This document shows positions 63,819-64,000 of a stretch of DNA of 64,000 nt, piece by piece. Each line of letters starts with the position of its first letter. Position 1 is the first letter of the stretch. The stretch comes from Amoebidium appalachense. Its lineage: Eukaryota; Protista; Ichthyosporea. Below the pieces are notes generated by a model. That model made no database searches. It saw nothing but the letters and a program-made list of their open reading frames with translations, and was not told the origin of the DNA. Location of the stretch: positions 2,936,389 through 3,000,388 of the forward strand of contig CAVNZM010000004.1 in assembly GCA_963693365.1 (NCBI GenBank), in the 5' to 3' direction. The position numbers and the translations under genes are program-made.

Positions 63819-64000
63819 CTGTACGGGGCAAGGTTGGTCAGCATCACGGACACCACCAGCAGGCCGGGCCCTTCCCCCCCCCCCCCCCCCCCCCCCCCCC
63901 CACCCACCCACCCACCTCCCACCTCCCCCCTGCCCTTACAACATATGCATGCACACGGCCACCTCTCCCAGGGCACCCGGCGGGAAACCAAAGGCCAGCC
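53600..64000. repeat. Intragenic tandem duplication, unit ~5.95-6.0 kb (six exons plus introns)
   Basis: 53665-58040 recurs at 59669-64000 (offset 6004 shrinking to ~5952). Exons are almost identical; introns differ mainly in homopolymer and microsatellite length. Confidence 0.95.

Overview
Eukaryotic, intron-rich genomic DNA packed with microsatellites and poly-G/C runs. The gene content (CNPPD1, CIR1, a Tondu-motif protein, a spondin-type TSP1 receptor) suggests a holozoan, possibly unicellular; this is inference only. Nearly all ORF-track entries are low-complexity artefacts. By following GT-AG splice sites and reading frame I reconstructed these genes in order: the 3' part of a MAP2K with an unusual DFN motif (+), CNPPD1 (-) head-to-head with CISD3 (+), a VGLL4/Tgi-like protein with five Tondu motifs plus PPxY (+), CIR1 (+), a small secreted prepro-peptide-like gene (+), thioredoxin (+), an ENTH/epsinR-like gene (-) head-to-head with MRPL20 (+), and the 3' ~3,500 codons of a giant TSP1-repeat single-pass membrane protein (-). 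That protein is built from a near-identical ~6.0 kb six-exon tandem unit and ends in an integrin-beta-like NPLY-x8-NPLF tail. Two MITE-like elements sit in introns, one filled with palindromic hairpin repeats. Many introns lack a polypyrimidine tract, and short tandem duplications recur at exon boundaries.
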